Assembly: GCA_028875225.1 (NCBI GenBank)
Contig: JAPPFB010000021.1
Coordinates: 225,831 to 289,830 of the forward strand
Source of the DNA: Chloroflexota bacterium
GTDB taxonomy: Bacteria > Chloroflexota > Dehalococcoidia > Bin125
Length of the DNA: 64,000 nucleotides
Direction: 5' to 3'
Position numbers and translations under genes: made by a program. Under the pieces are notes generated by a model that saw only the letters and a program-made list of their open reading frames with translations, was not told the origin of the DNA and did no database searches. This document shows, piece by piece, positions 28,705-37,831 of the stretch. Position 1 is the first letter of the stretch. Each line of letters starts with the position of its first letter.

Positions 28705-29919
28705 ATGCGGCGCTCAGCACACGTGTGGACGCGCACGCCTCGACTCCTGTTAGGCGCCGGGGCTATGGCGGCGATCCTGTTGGTGGCAGCTGGCGTTTCG
28801 AGTTCCGGCGCACAGTCGAACGAACTTGAAGTGCGGATCAGTGCACGCCTGTCGGAACGAGGCCAAGTGGAGTTTGCGCTTCAGGAACGCGGCGACTCAG
28901 GCGAATGGGGTCAACGCATTTTGCCGCAGCGCCGGTACTTTCCGAACGTCACCCACACAACGTGGCTGAAGAGCACCGCTTTCGAACTTAGTTTGCCCAA
29001 CGTCTTTGCGCAGATCATCGCTCGCAGGACAACCAGCGGGCAGATAGAGTTCGGTCTCCAGTGGGTTGAGGCGCAGATAGACGGCACACAAGTTCACGAA
29101 GCACTACCCCGCCAGCGCTTCTTTCCCGAAGTCGACCACCACCGCTGGCTCAACAGCAGCGCAATAGCGATCGTCCTTGGAGCGTTCGGCGATATCGACG
29201 CTCTTGGGGTCAGAACGATCAACGTCCTGCGGAACGTTTCCGACGCTGATGATCAGGGCCCGATCGTGGCGCGATACCGACTTGACGGAGGCGGCCCTAC
29301 TTCCATCGGCATCCTGGACTGGAAGTCGCCTGAGTTCACGATTCCCGACGGAATCACCCTATACATGGAACCTCGGTTCCTCGACGGCTTCATACCCGAC
29401 TGGGGCATCGTCTTGATTTTCCCGAGCGGATTTGAACTCGTGCTGCATCCCCAGACAATAGATGCGCTCCTGGCGCGGACGGACATTACTGATCCAGTCG
29501 CGGCAGCGGTCGTCGAGTCAATGCGGCAGTCCGGTGCCTCGCGAGCAGGTCCTGCCACCACCGAGGTGACGGAACAGGTACTGGCCTGCACTAACGTCTC
29601 AAGCCCGTTCCCTACCTCCACAGTGGAGTTCCCTTCTGATCAGTGCATGCACATTTCCGGCTCCGGAACATTGACGATCGCATCCCGCGGACGCCAACTG
29701 ACGCTGGACCTCCCGGACATTCAGGCACCGTGGTTGATGATTGTCATTGACGAAGGCTCAGCTGGCGCTCATCGTCTCTACATCGCGCCAGGTGGGTCTG
29801 ACCATCTGGAAGTCGATTGGCGTACGGGCGCCGAGCGATCGCGGAGTGTCGCGAGCGGGGTCGATTCCAGTCGGATCCATGCCGTCTTCGACGCCATCAT
29901 CGCCTCAATCAGTCGGTGA
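28705..29919 (+). CDS. secreted hypothetical protein with signal peptide and two or three about 50-aa tandem internal repeats
   Basis: Signal-like N-terminus LLLGAGAMAAILLVAAGVSS; repeats ...GQVEFALQ...LPQRRYFPNVTHTTWLKS... / ...GQIEFGLQ...LPRQRFFPEVDHHRWLNS...; GC lower than surroundings. Confidence 0.55.
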   Translation: MRRSAHVWTRTPRLLLGAGAMAAILLVAAGVSSSGAQSNELEVRISARLSERGQVEFALQERGDSGEWGQRILPQRRYFPNVTHTTWLKSTAFELSLPNVFAQIIARRTTSGQIEFGLQWVEAQIDGTQVHEALPRQRFFPEVDHHRWLNSSAIAIVLGAFGDIDALGVRTINVLRNVSDADDQGPIVARYRLDGGGPTSIGILDWKSPEFTIPDGITLYMEPRFLDGFIPDWGIVLIFPSGFELVLHPQTIDALLARTDITDPVAAAVVESMRQSGASRAGPATTEVTEQVLACTNVSSPFPTSTVEFPSDQCMHISGSGTLTIASRGRQLTLDLPDIQAPWLMIVIDEGSAGAHRLYIAPGGSDHLEVDWRTGAERSRSVASGVDSSRIHAVFDAIIASISR

Positions 29920-29996
29920 GGGCATCCGCTGATCGACAGTAGGGCCCATCCGCTAGTTCACACCGCTACGTGCGATAATGCCCTCCGACGAACACG

Positions 29997-32231
29997 ATGG
30001 TTGGGGGTGCTGCGGTGACAAGATCGGCTGACTCCAAACGCCAAACCAGCGCAACGTCGACAAGCAAGCGCGTTTCGGCCCTGGCTATCCCTGCCTGGTT
30101 GCCGTTGGGCGGCATCCTACTCGTCTCCGGCGCCGAGACCGTCCGGGTAACCGGCGCGCACCGCGAACTCTTTTTCAACATCGATCACTTCTGGGTGCTG
30201 TACATGCTGCTCCCGTTCGTGATCGGGATCATCATCTACGGCCTGGTCCGACGCTCTCGCGTCTGGCGATTGGGCAAACCGACGTCGCTGCTGAAGGGCA
30301 ATTTCGACAACCTGCCCGTCAGAATCGGCCGGTTGGTCAAGGGCGGTGGCGGTACCGAGCGCGTCCTCCTCGACCCGTACTCGGGCGTCATGCACCTCTG
30401 CATCATGACCTCGATGATCGTCCTCTTCCTCGTCACCGCGCTACTCGCCATCGACGACTACATTCCCGTCGACATCCTCGTCGGACCGCGCTACCTCGGC
30501 TACTCGCTGGTCGCCGACATCTTCGGCCTCGTCGGCATCATCGGCGTCGCGATGGCGGTTGCTCATCGCTGGGTCCGGCCGCGAACGGCCTGGCTGCCGA
30601 CCTGGGAGGATTGGCTGATCCTCGGCGGCCTCGGCATGCTGTTGATCACCGGCTTCATCGTCGAGGGTCTGCGCATCCACACCTCCGAGATCGACGTCAA
30701 CCCGGAATGGTCCTACTGGTCGCCGGTCGGCTACATCGTGGCCCTGATGTTCTCAGGTGTGAAAGTCTCCGCCGCGCTCGACATCCACACCACGTTCTGG
30801 TGGATCCACATGGTCGGCGCGCTCTCCTGGATCACCCTGCTCGGCTATTCCAAGCTCAACCACCTCGTTCTCGCGCCGGCCAACGCCTTCCTCAAGCGCA
30901 CTTCGGCCCCGGGCAAACTCGACATGATCGAGAACATCGAGGAGCAGGAGCACTTCGGCGTCTCCCAGCTCGAGCACTTCACGATGAAGCAGATCTTCGA
31001 GCTCGACGTCTGCGTGCGCTGCGGCCGCTGCACGGACAACTGTCCCGCAGATATCGCCGGCCAGCCGCTCTCGCCGATGCACATCATCCAGGACCTCAAG
31101 TCCTACGCGACCGCCGTCGGCGAACAGAAAGTGGCCAATCTCGTCCAGGGCAACGACCTCAACTTCGGCCTCGACGATGAAGCGCCGATGGTCGGAGGCG
31201 TCGTCCGCGACGAATCGCTCTGGGCCTGCCGCACCTGCGGCGCCTGCGTCGAGGCGTGTCCTGTCTTCATCGAGCACGTGCCCACCATCGTCGACATGCG
31301 CCGCTCTCTCGTCATGGAAGAGGCACGCATGCCCGACACCGTCCAGGGCACGCTGGAGACGCTCGAGCGTCAGGGTCACCCCTGGCGCGGAACGCCCTAC
31401 ACCCGCGACTCCTGGATGGAGGGCATCGAAGACCAGATCCCCGAGTGGACCGGCGAGCAAGACTACCTCTACTTCGTCGGCTGCACCGGCGCATTCGTCG
31501 ACCGCGCCCAGGAGATCACCCGCTCCGTCGTCTCACTGCTGCGCGAGGCCGACGTCTCGTTCGGCGTCATCAAGGGCATGGAGTCCTGCAACGGCGATCC
31601 GGCCCGCCGACTCGGCCACGAGTACCTCTACCAGATCCTCGCCGAGGGTCTGATCGAACTGTTCAACGAAACCGGCGTCAACGACGAGCAGAAGACCGTC
31701 ATCACGCACTGCCCGCACTGCTTCAACACATTCCTCAACGAATATCCCGACATGGGCGCGAAATTCCAGGTCATCCATCACACCCAGCTCCTGGAACAAC
31801 TCGTCAACGAGGGCCGATTGGTCCCGAACAACGAGGTCCCCAAACAGACCATCACCTACCACGACAGTTGCTACCTGGGCCGCCACAACGACATCTTCGA
31901 GGCCCCGCGACGCATCCTTGAGCAGGTGCCCAACGTGACCCTGATTGAGATGCCGCGCAACCGCGAGCAGGGCCTCTGCTGCGGCGCTGGCGGCGGCAAC
32001 ATGTGGATGGAAGAGCAGGGCAAGAGCCGCGTCAACGAGGTCCGGGTTGAGGAGGCAGTCGCAACCGGCGCCGAGGCCGCCTGCACCGCCTGCCCCTTCT
32101 GCATTCAGATGTTCGACTCCGGCATCGGAACCGTGCAACTCGACGTCGAAGACGACGACAAGCTCAAAGTCCTCGATGTCGCGGAGTTACTTCAGGCGGC
32201 AGCGGTCACCGAGAATCACAACGCTGTCTAG
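29997..32231 (+). CDS. membrane-bound Fe-S oxidoreductase: N-terminal polytopic (cytochrome-b/NarI-like) domain fused to 2x[4Fe-4S] ferredoxin and two CCG (HdrD/GlpC-like) domains; candidate ETF:quinone oxidoreductase
   Basis: 5-6 TM helices; CVRCGRCTDNCP and CRTCGACVEACP ferredoxin motifs; ...CTGAF... and CCGAGGGNMW CCG motifs; immediately upstream of etfBA. Confidence 0.8.
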   Translation: MVGGAAVTRSADSKRQTSATSTSKRVSALAIPAWLPLGGILLVSGAETVRVTGAHRELFFNIDHFWVLYMLLPFVIGIIIYGLVRRSRVWRLGKPTSLLKGNFDNLPVRIGRLVKGGGGTERVLLDPYSGVMHLCIMTSMIVLFLVTALLAIDDYIPVDILVGPRYLGYSLVADIFGLVGIIGVAMAVAHRWVRPRTAWLPTWEDWLILGGLGMLLITGFIVEGLRIHTSEIDVNPEWSYWSPVGYIVALMFSGVKVSAALDIHTTFWWIHMVGALSWITLLGYSKLNHLVLAPANAFLKRTSAPGKLDMIENIEEQEHFGVSQLEHFTMKQIFELDVCVRCGRCTDNCPADIAGQPLSPMHIIQDLKSYATAVGEQKVANLVQGNDLNFGLDDEAPMVGGVVRDESLWACRTCGACVEACPVFIEHVPTIVDMRRSLVMEEARMPDTVQGTLETLERQGHPWRGTPYTRDSWMEGIEDQIPEWTGEQDYLYFVGCTGAFVDRAQEITRSVVSLLREADVSFGVIKGMESCNGDPARRLGHEYLYQILAEGLIELFNETGVNDEQKTVITHCPHCFNTFLNEYPDMGAKFQVIHHTQLLEQLVNEGRLVPNNEVPKQTITYHDSCYLGRHNDIFEAPRRILEQVPNVTLIEMPRNREQGLCCGAGGGNMWMEEQGKSRVNEVRVEEAVATGAEAACTACPFCIQMFDSGIGTVQLDVEDDDKLKVLDVAELLQAAAVTENHNAV

Positions 32232-32251
32232 ACTGAGTACTGGAGTGACGA

Positions 32252-32593
32252 ATGGCAACACCTGAGCCCGAGCCAACCGCTCGCGAAATCGCGCAGCGAA
32301 CCCGCTCGCGCTTGCCCAGTTCACTAACGGGCAGCGAGCGGCGCATTTCGGATGTTCTGGTTGATGCTCTCGCTCCCGAATTCCATTCCCTCCATCGCCG
32401 AATCGGCGGTGTCGAGCAACGCTTGAGTGAGCGCATCGACGGCGTCGAGCAACAGCTGAACGGGCGGATCGACGCACTCGATGCCAAGATTGATCGCCTG
32501 GGAGAGCACGTGATCAACCGGCTCGGCGATATGGACGCCAAACTTGACCGGTTACTCAGCAGAACTGACAACGGTCAATCGCCAAGCAGCTAG
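32252..32593 (+). CDS. hypothetical coiled-coil protein with about 11-residue repeats
   Basis: RIDGVEQQLNGRIDALDAKIDRLGEHVINRLGDMDAKLDRL. Confidence 0.45.
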   Translation: MATPEPEPTAREIAQRTRSRLPSSLTGSERRISDVLVDALAPEFHSLHRRIGGVEQRLSERIDGVEQQLNGRIDALDAKIDRLGEHVINRLGDMDAKLDRLLSRTDNGQSPSS

Positions 32594-32741
32594 GCGTTGG
32601 ACGGGCTCGAGGGCGTCAATCTGTATCCCATCTGACTGCCCAGCTACCTTGGGCGCGACACAATGCGCAATTGGACGCGCGACCTGATTCCCGTCCGCTC
32701 GTGGTTACTTCGAGCTCATTTTCCCAGTCAGTGAGGAACCG

Positions 32742-33545
32742 ATGGATGTCATCGTCTGCGTGAAGCAGATTCCCGACCCCGAAACGCCCGCCGCCGCCTT
32801 CAAGGTGGATGAGGCGGCCATGCAGGTGTTGCCCGCCCAGGGCATCTCGCCTGTTATCTCCCCCTTCGACGCCCAGGCCGTCGAGGCCGCGCTGCGGATC
32901 AAGGACGCCTCCGGCGATGGCACGGTCAACATCATCTCGCTCGGGCCCGACTCGGCCCGCGACGCGATCAAGCACTCGCTCGCGATGGGCGCCGACGAGG
33001 GCTACCACCTCAAGGACGACGCCTTCGAGGGTGGCGATGCCTGGACTACGGCGCTGGCCCTGTCTAAAGCGATCCAGCACCTGGGCGTCCCCGATGTCCT
33101 GATCTTCGGCCGCCAGGCGGCCGACTGGGACCAGGGCACGGTGGGCAGCATCGTCGCTGAGCTGCTCGACCTGCCTTCCGCGACCGTCCTGCGCGCGGTC
33201 GAGCTCAATGGAGGCAGCATCACCGTCTCGCGCGTCGTCGCCGACGGCTTCGAGAACATCGACCTGCCCACGCCCTGCGTGCTGACCATCTCCAATGAGT
33301 TCGGCGATCCGCGCTACCCGCAGCTCCGCCAGATCATGCAGGCTGCGAGAAAGCAGGTCACTGAGCTGACCGCCTCCGACCTCGGTCTCGACCCCTCCGA
33401 AGTCGGAGCCGCCGGCTCGCGCGTCCAGATGCACGCGCTGTTCCAGCCGACCAGTGACGTCGAGGTCGAAATCATCGAGGGCGACACTCCCGAAGAAAAG
33501 GCCGCCGGCCTGGTCAACGCCCTGCGCGAAGCGAAGATTCTCTAG
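32742..33545 (+). CDS. etfB: electron transfer flavoprotein beta subunit
   Basis: MDVIVCVKQIPD... typical EtfB N-terminus and length. Confidence 0.9.
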   Translation: MDVIVCVKQIPDPETPAAAFKVDEAAMQVLPAQGISPVISPFDAQAVEAALRIKDASGDGTVNIISLGPDSARDAIKHSLAMGADEGYHLKDDAFEGGDAWTTALALSKAIQHLGVPDVLIFGRQAADWDQGTVGSIVAELLDLPSATVLRAVELNGGSITVSRVVADGFENIDLPTPCVLTISNEFGDPRYPQLRQIMQAARKQVTELTASDLGLDPSEVGAAGSRVQMHALFQPTSDVEVEIIEGDTPEEKAAGLVNALREAKIL

Positions 33546-33555
33546 CCCCACATTC

Positions 33556-33603
33556 CTTCTCCCCCCTCTGGGGGGAGATGCCGAAGGCAGAGGGGGGTGC
33601 CCT
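33556..33603 (+). repeat. REP-like structured repeat, copy C
   Basis: cttctcccccctctggggggagatgccgaaggcagaggggggtgcc between etfB and etfA. Confidence 0.8.
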
Positions 33604-33631
33604 CGCTGCCTAGCAAGTTAGGAACCTTGAA

Positions 33632-34606
33632 ATGGCCTCCATCCTCGTCTTTGGCGAAACCGACGACACCGGCCTCACCGCCCCGACCCTCGAGATGCTG
33701 GGCGCGGCGTCGCGACTCAGCGGTGACCTCGGTGGCGGAGTCGCCCTCGCCCTGCTCGGCTCGGGGCTGTCCGGCGCCGCGGCGGCGGCCGGACCAGCCG
33801 GCGCCGACACCGTCTACACCGCCGATTCGGACGCGCTCGCCTCGTACCAGACCGATAGTTACCTGCCGGTTGCTCAGGCGATCGTCGAGCAGGATTCCCC
33901 CTCGGTCGTGCTGATGTCCCAGTCGAGCATGGGCCGCGACCTCGCCCCGCGTCTTGCCACTCGACTCGGCACCGCCGCGATCATGGATTCGCTCGGACTC
34001 GAAGTCGACGGCGATCGGGTCAAGGCCACCCGAAGCTGCTACGGCGGCAATGCCCGACAGGTCGTCACCGTCCAGACCGACCCTCAGGTGATCACCGTCC
34101 GGCCCAAATCGCAAGACCCGCTTGAAGCGGATTCCTCTCGATCAGCCGAAGTGGTTGCCGTTAACGTGGCGGAGCCCACCCTGCGCGCTCGAACAACCGG
34201 CAAAGAGCAGGCCGAGTCAGAAGGCATCCGCCTCGAAGACGCCGAGATCGTCGTGTCCGGCGGCCGCGGGTTGGGCGGACCGGAGGCCTTTGCCGACCTG
34301 GAAAGCCTCGCTGGCGTGCTTACCGCTGCTGTCGGCTCTTCGCGCGCCGCCTGCGACCTCGGCTGGTACCCGCCGTCGCAACAGGTCGGACTCACCGGCA
34401 CGGTCGTCTCGCCGACGCTCTACATGGCCATCGCCATCTCCGGCGCCAGTCAGCACATGGCCGGTTGCGGCGGCTCGAAGAACATCGTCGCGATCAACAA
34501 GGATCCCGACGCGCCCATCTTCAGCTTCTCCCGCTTCGGCATCGTCGACGACTACAAGAAGGTCCTGCCCGCCCTCGAAGCCGCCTTCGCCAAGGCGCTC
34601 GACTAA
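33632..34606 (+). CDS. etfA: electron transfer flavoprotein alpha subunit
   Basis: FAD-binding C-terminal motifs PTLYMAIAISGASQHMAG...IVAINKDPDAPIF. Confidence 0.9.
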   Translation: MASILVFGETDDTGLTAPTLEMLGAASRLSGDLGGGVALALLGSGLSGAAAAAGPAGADTVYTADSDALASYQTDSYLPVAQAIVEQDSPSVVLMSQSSMGRDLAPRLATRLGTAAIMDSLGLEVDGDRVKATRSCYGGNARQVVTVQTDPQVITVRPKSQDPLEADSSRSAEVVAVNVAEPTLRARTTGKEQAESEGIRLEDAEIVVSGGRGLGGPEAFADLESLAGVLTAAVGSSRAACDLGWYPPSQQVGLTGTVVSPTLYMAIAISGASQHMAGCGGSKNIVAINKDPDAPIFSFSRFGIVDDYKKVLPALEAAFAKALD

Positions 34607-34700
34607 GCGGAGCGCTCTGGCACAGAGCGGGTCATACGCGCGGGGTCCTCGCCACGCGCGGTCAGTGCAGAGTCAAAGTGAATTGCTTGCGAGACCGGCC

Positions 34701-35180
34701 TCACACGCCCTGAGTCTTGCGCCAGGTGCGGATCTGGCCGGCGTGCTCCATGTCGTGTTCGATCAGGCCGTCAACCAGCTCGTTGACTGAGAGCTGCACA
34801 TCTTCGACCGTCATCGTCTTCTCGTCCCGCTCGTCGTCAGTCAATTGGCTGACGCGGTCAGACAGCGTGTCGCGGATACTGCGCAACATGGTCAGCAACT
34901 CGTCGATCGGCCGCCCAGACCAATCGCTAGGCGCAGCGTCATTGATTTCTCGCTCGGTCGGGAACGGGCCCAGCGGCATTCCGGCGGCGGATCGTTCGAG
35001 TGCATTCACGGCCCAGGCGTCCCAACCAACCAGATGCGCCAGGCAATCTCTGACACTCCAGTCACCGATCACGTCGGGGATGTCAAATGACTCCGGCGGC
35101 AAGCCATCGACCGCTTCGAGCAAACAGCTGCGTCCGTCCGTGCAATCGGTTGTGTCAGACTTGGCCTTGGCGACAACCAT
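34701..35180 (-). CDS. DinB/YfiT-like (mycothiol maleylpyruvate isomerase N-terminal domain) family protein
   Basis: DCLAHLVGWD motif; ATG at 35180 preferred. Confidence 0.6.
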   Translation of the reverse strand: MVVAKAKSDTTDCTDGRSCLLEAVDGLPPESFDIPDVIGDWSVRDCLAHLVGWDAWAVNALERSAAGMPLGPFPTEREINDAAPSDWSGRPIDELLTMLRSIRDTLSDRVSQLTDDERDEKTMTVEDVQLSVNELVDGLIEHDMEHAGQIRTWRKTQGV

Positions 35181-35565
35181 CGGGGCTCCTCGCAGGCGCA
35201 GTGAACTGTGTCGTTCGGAGTGCGCGGTGGTTGCGGAAGACGCCGGAGGCGTTGCCCCGACATCTCCCCACATCGTGATGGCGGACGCGCACCGACATGT
35301 TCAGGCGGCATCCGCAAAATCGTCAACTGATTGTTAACCCTAGCAATCTGGTCAGAGGCGCCCTGCTGACCGTGACACAGTTCGCACTCAGGTCACGCGT
35401 GGCGCGGCGTTTGCCTGGTTGGCGCGTCGGTTGACCACTCCAACGCCCGCCAATAGTCTGTGGACTCAGCGTGCGTCCGCGAGGCCGGTTGTCCTTCCCT
35501 CGGTGAACGGTCAGTTGGTTAGAGGCGGTTGGACGACGCGACACATGCGGAGACGCACACCGATC

Positions 35566-36162
35566 ATGCGCTCGATTGGACTCACCGGCGGAATTGCCTC
35601 TGGCAAGTCGACCGTCGTCAAACAGCTCCAGGAGCTCGGCGCCGCCACCATCGATGCCGACATTCTCGGCCACCAGACCTACGAACCGGGTACCGAGACC
35701 TTCAACCAGGTCGTGGCGGCCTTCGGCGAAGACCTCGTCGCCGAAGACGGCACCATCGACCGAAGCAAGCTCGGTCCCAAGGTGTTCGGCCACCCCGACG
35801 GGATGAAGCGCCTGACCGATATCGTCTGGCCCGGCATCCGCGCCCTGGCCGAGACGGAGCTGGAGCGTCTGGCGGCCAACGGCACGGCCGTCGCCGTGCT
35901 TGAGGCCGCCGTCATGATCGAAGCCGGCTGGCAGGACCTCGTTGATGAGGTCTGGGTCGTCGCGGTCAGTCGTGACACGGCCCGTGAGCGTCTTATGGCC
36001 CGCAACAACTTCACCGCCGAGGAAGCGGACAAACGAATCGACTCTCAGATCACCAACGACGAGCGGCTCAAGCACGCCGACGTGATGATCTCCAACGACT
36101 GCAGCATGGATGTCGCCGCCGAGCGCGTCGCCCGCGCCTGGGCCGGTATGCAGTCCAGATAG
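35566..36162 (+). CDS. coaE: dephospho-CoA kinase
   Basis: MRSIGLTGGIASGKST P-loop; ORF-track N-terminal extension rejected. Confidence 0.85.
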   Translation: MRSIGLTGGIASGKSTVVKQLQELGAATIDADILGHQTYEPGTETFNQVVAAFGEDLVAEDGTIDRSKLGPKVFGHPDGMKRLTDIVWPGIRALAETELERLAANGTAVAVLEAAVMIEAGWQDLVDEVWVVAVSRDTARERLMARNNFTAEEADKRIDSQITNDERLKHADVMISNDCSMDVAAERVARAWAGMQSR

Positions 36163-36248
36163 CGTCGAGCAATAGGCTGGAACCAGACACCACCATCACC
36201 ACTTGTGCACACACTCGCCGCTGACGATGCGGCAGAGCGGGAGAGCGT

Positions 36249-37148
36249 TTGATGACTACTGCCACCGAAGCGATCACCGAATACCGTAGCTGGGCTGTCG
36301 AGGAATTCCGCGCCGAAGAAGAGCCGTACTACGTGCCCGTCGCGGACGAGATTGAGGTCTTCGAGGCCGCCTGGAACAGCAAGATTCCCGTCCTCCTCAA
36401 GGGCCCGACTGGCTGCGGCAAGACTCGTTTTGTTGAGTACATGGCGTATCACCTCAACCGCCCCTTGGCCGTCGTTCGCGACGGCCGGACCGAGATTGAG
36501 GATGAGACCAACCTGCCGCTCGTGACCGTCGCCTGCCACGAAGACCTGACCGCCTCCGACCTCGTCGGCCGCTACCTGCTCGAGGGCAACGAGACCGTCT
36601 GGATCGACGGCCCGCTGACACGCGCCGTCAAGGCCGGCGCGATCTGCTACCTCGACGAGGTGGTCGAAGCGCGAAAAGACACCACCGTCCTCATCCACCC
36701 GCTGACCGACCACCGACGCATCCTGCCCGTCGAGAAAAAGTCGCAGCTCCTCCAGGCCCGCGACGGGTTCCTGCTGGTGATCTCCTTCAACCCCGGCTAC
36801 CAGTCGGCGCTCAAGGACCTCAAGCAGTCGACCCGCCAGCGCTTCATCGCCGTCGAGTTCGACTACCCGCCGCGCGAAACCGAGGCCGAAATCGTCCAGC
36901 ACGAATCCGGCTGCGACCCCGATGTCGCCCTCAACCTGGCCAAGATGGCCGAGAAGATTCGCAACCTGCGAGAACACGGCTTGGCCGAGGGCGCCTCGAC
37001 GCGCCTGCTGATCTACGCCGGCCGAATGATCGCCGAGGGCGTTTCGCCGCGCCGCGCCTGCCAGGTTTCGATCGTCTGGCCGCTGACCGATGACGGCGAA
37101 GTCCAGCGCTCGATCGAGGAAGTCGTCTCCTCAATCTTCGAGGACTAG
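36249..37148 (+). CDS. CbbQ/NorQ/NirQ-type MoxR AAA+ ATPase
   Basis: Walker A GPTGCGKT, Walker B YLDEVVEA, about 300 aa single AAA+ module. Confidence 0.85.
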   Translation: MMTTATEAITEYRSWAVEEFRAEEEPYYVPVADEIEVFEAAWNSKIPVLLKGPTGCGKTRFVEYMAYHLNRPLAVVRDGRTEIEDETNLPLVTVACHEDLTASDLVGRYLLEGNETVWIDGPLTRAVKAGAICYLDEVVEARKDTTVLIHPLTDHRRILPVEKKSQLLQARDGFLLVISFNPGYQSALKDLKQSTRQRFIAVEFDYPPRETEAEIVQHESGCDPDVALNLAKMAEKIRNLREHGLAEGASTRLLIYAGRMIAEGVSPRRACQVSIVWPLTDDGEVQRSIEEVVSSIFED

Positions 37149-37166
37149 GACCGAGCAGACCTCCCA

Positions 37167-37742
37167 GTGCGGATCGGCATCGTCTCGGACATCCACTGCA
37201 ACGCGGCGGCGCTTGATCGCGCCGTCGAGCAGATGGGTGACATCGACGAACTGCTCTGCGCCGGTGACGCCTGTTACCAGTACCGATTCTCCAACGACGT
37301 CGCCGAACGCCTGCGACAGCTCGGCGGACGCTACGTGCTCGGCAACCACGAGGAAATCCTGCTCTCCGAGGCCGGCGCTCGCGCCCAGGCTTCGCCCAGC
37401 GTCGACAAATCGCTGCTCGAGTGGACTCGCGCACAGCCCTTTCTCCTGCGCACCGAGATCGGCTCGAAGAAGCTGCTCATGTTCCACGCGACCCCATGGG
37501 CGCCGTATCGCGACTATCTCTTCCCCCACGACCCGCAACTCCAGCGTCTGGCCGAGGAAGAGGCCGATTTCATCATCTACGGCCACACCCACGCGCCGCT
37601 GGTCAAGCGGATCGGCCCTGCCCTGATCGTCAACCCCGGCTCGGCCGGAGAGATGCGGGGCACTGAACAGGTCCTGACCTATGCTGTGCTCGATACGTCC
37701 GACGATCACGCCGAGATCCACGAGATTCGCTTCAACGATTGA
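37167..37742 (+). CDS. calcineurin-like metallophosphoesterase (YfcE-type)
   Basis: GIVSDIHCN, GD..., GNHE, IYGHTH motifs. Confidence 0.8.
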   Translation: MRIGIVSDIHCNAAALDRAVEQMGDIDELLCAGDACYQYRFSNDVAERLRQLGGRYVLGNHEEILLSEAGARAQASPSVDKSLLEWTRAQPFLLRTEIGSKKLLMFHATPWAPYRDYLFPHDPQLQRLAEEEADFIIYGHTHAPLVKRIGPALIVNPGSAGEMRGTEQVLTYAVLDTSDDHAEIHEIRFND

Positions 37743-37748
37743 TGACAT

Positions 37749-37795
37749 CTCCTCTCCCCCCTCTGGGGGGAGATGCCGAAGGTAGAGGGGGGCGC
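37749..37795 (+). repeat. REP-like structured repeat, copy D
   Basis: ctcctctcccccctctggggggagatgccgaaggtagaggggggcgc; translated as false N-terminus in ORF-track start 37739. Confidence 0.8.
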
Positions 37796-37831
37796 TCACC
37801 AGCCCGGAAGCCCCCACGAAACGAGACGCCC

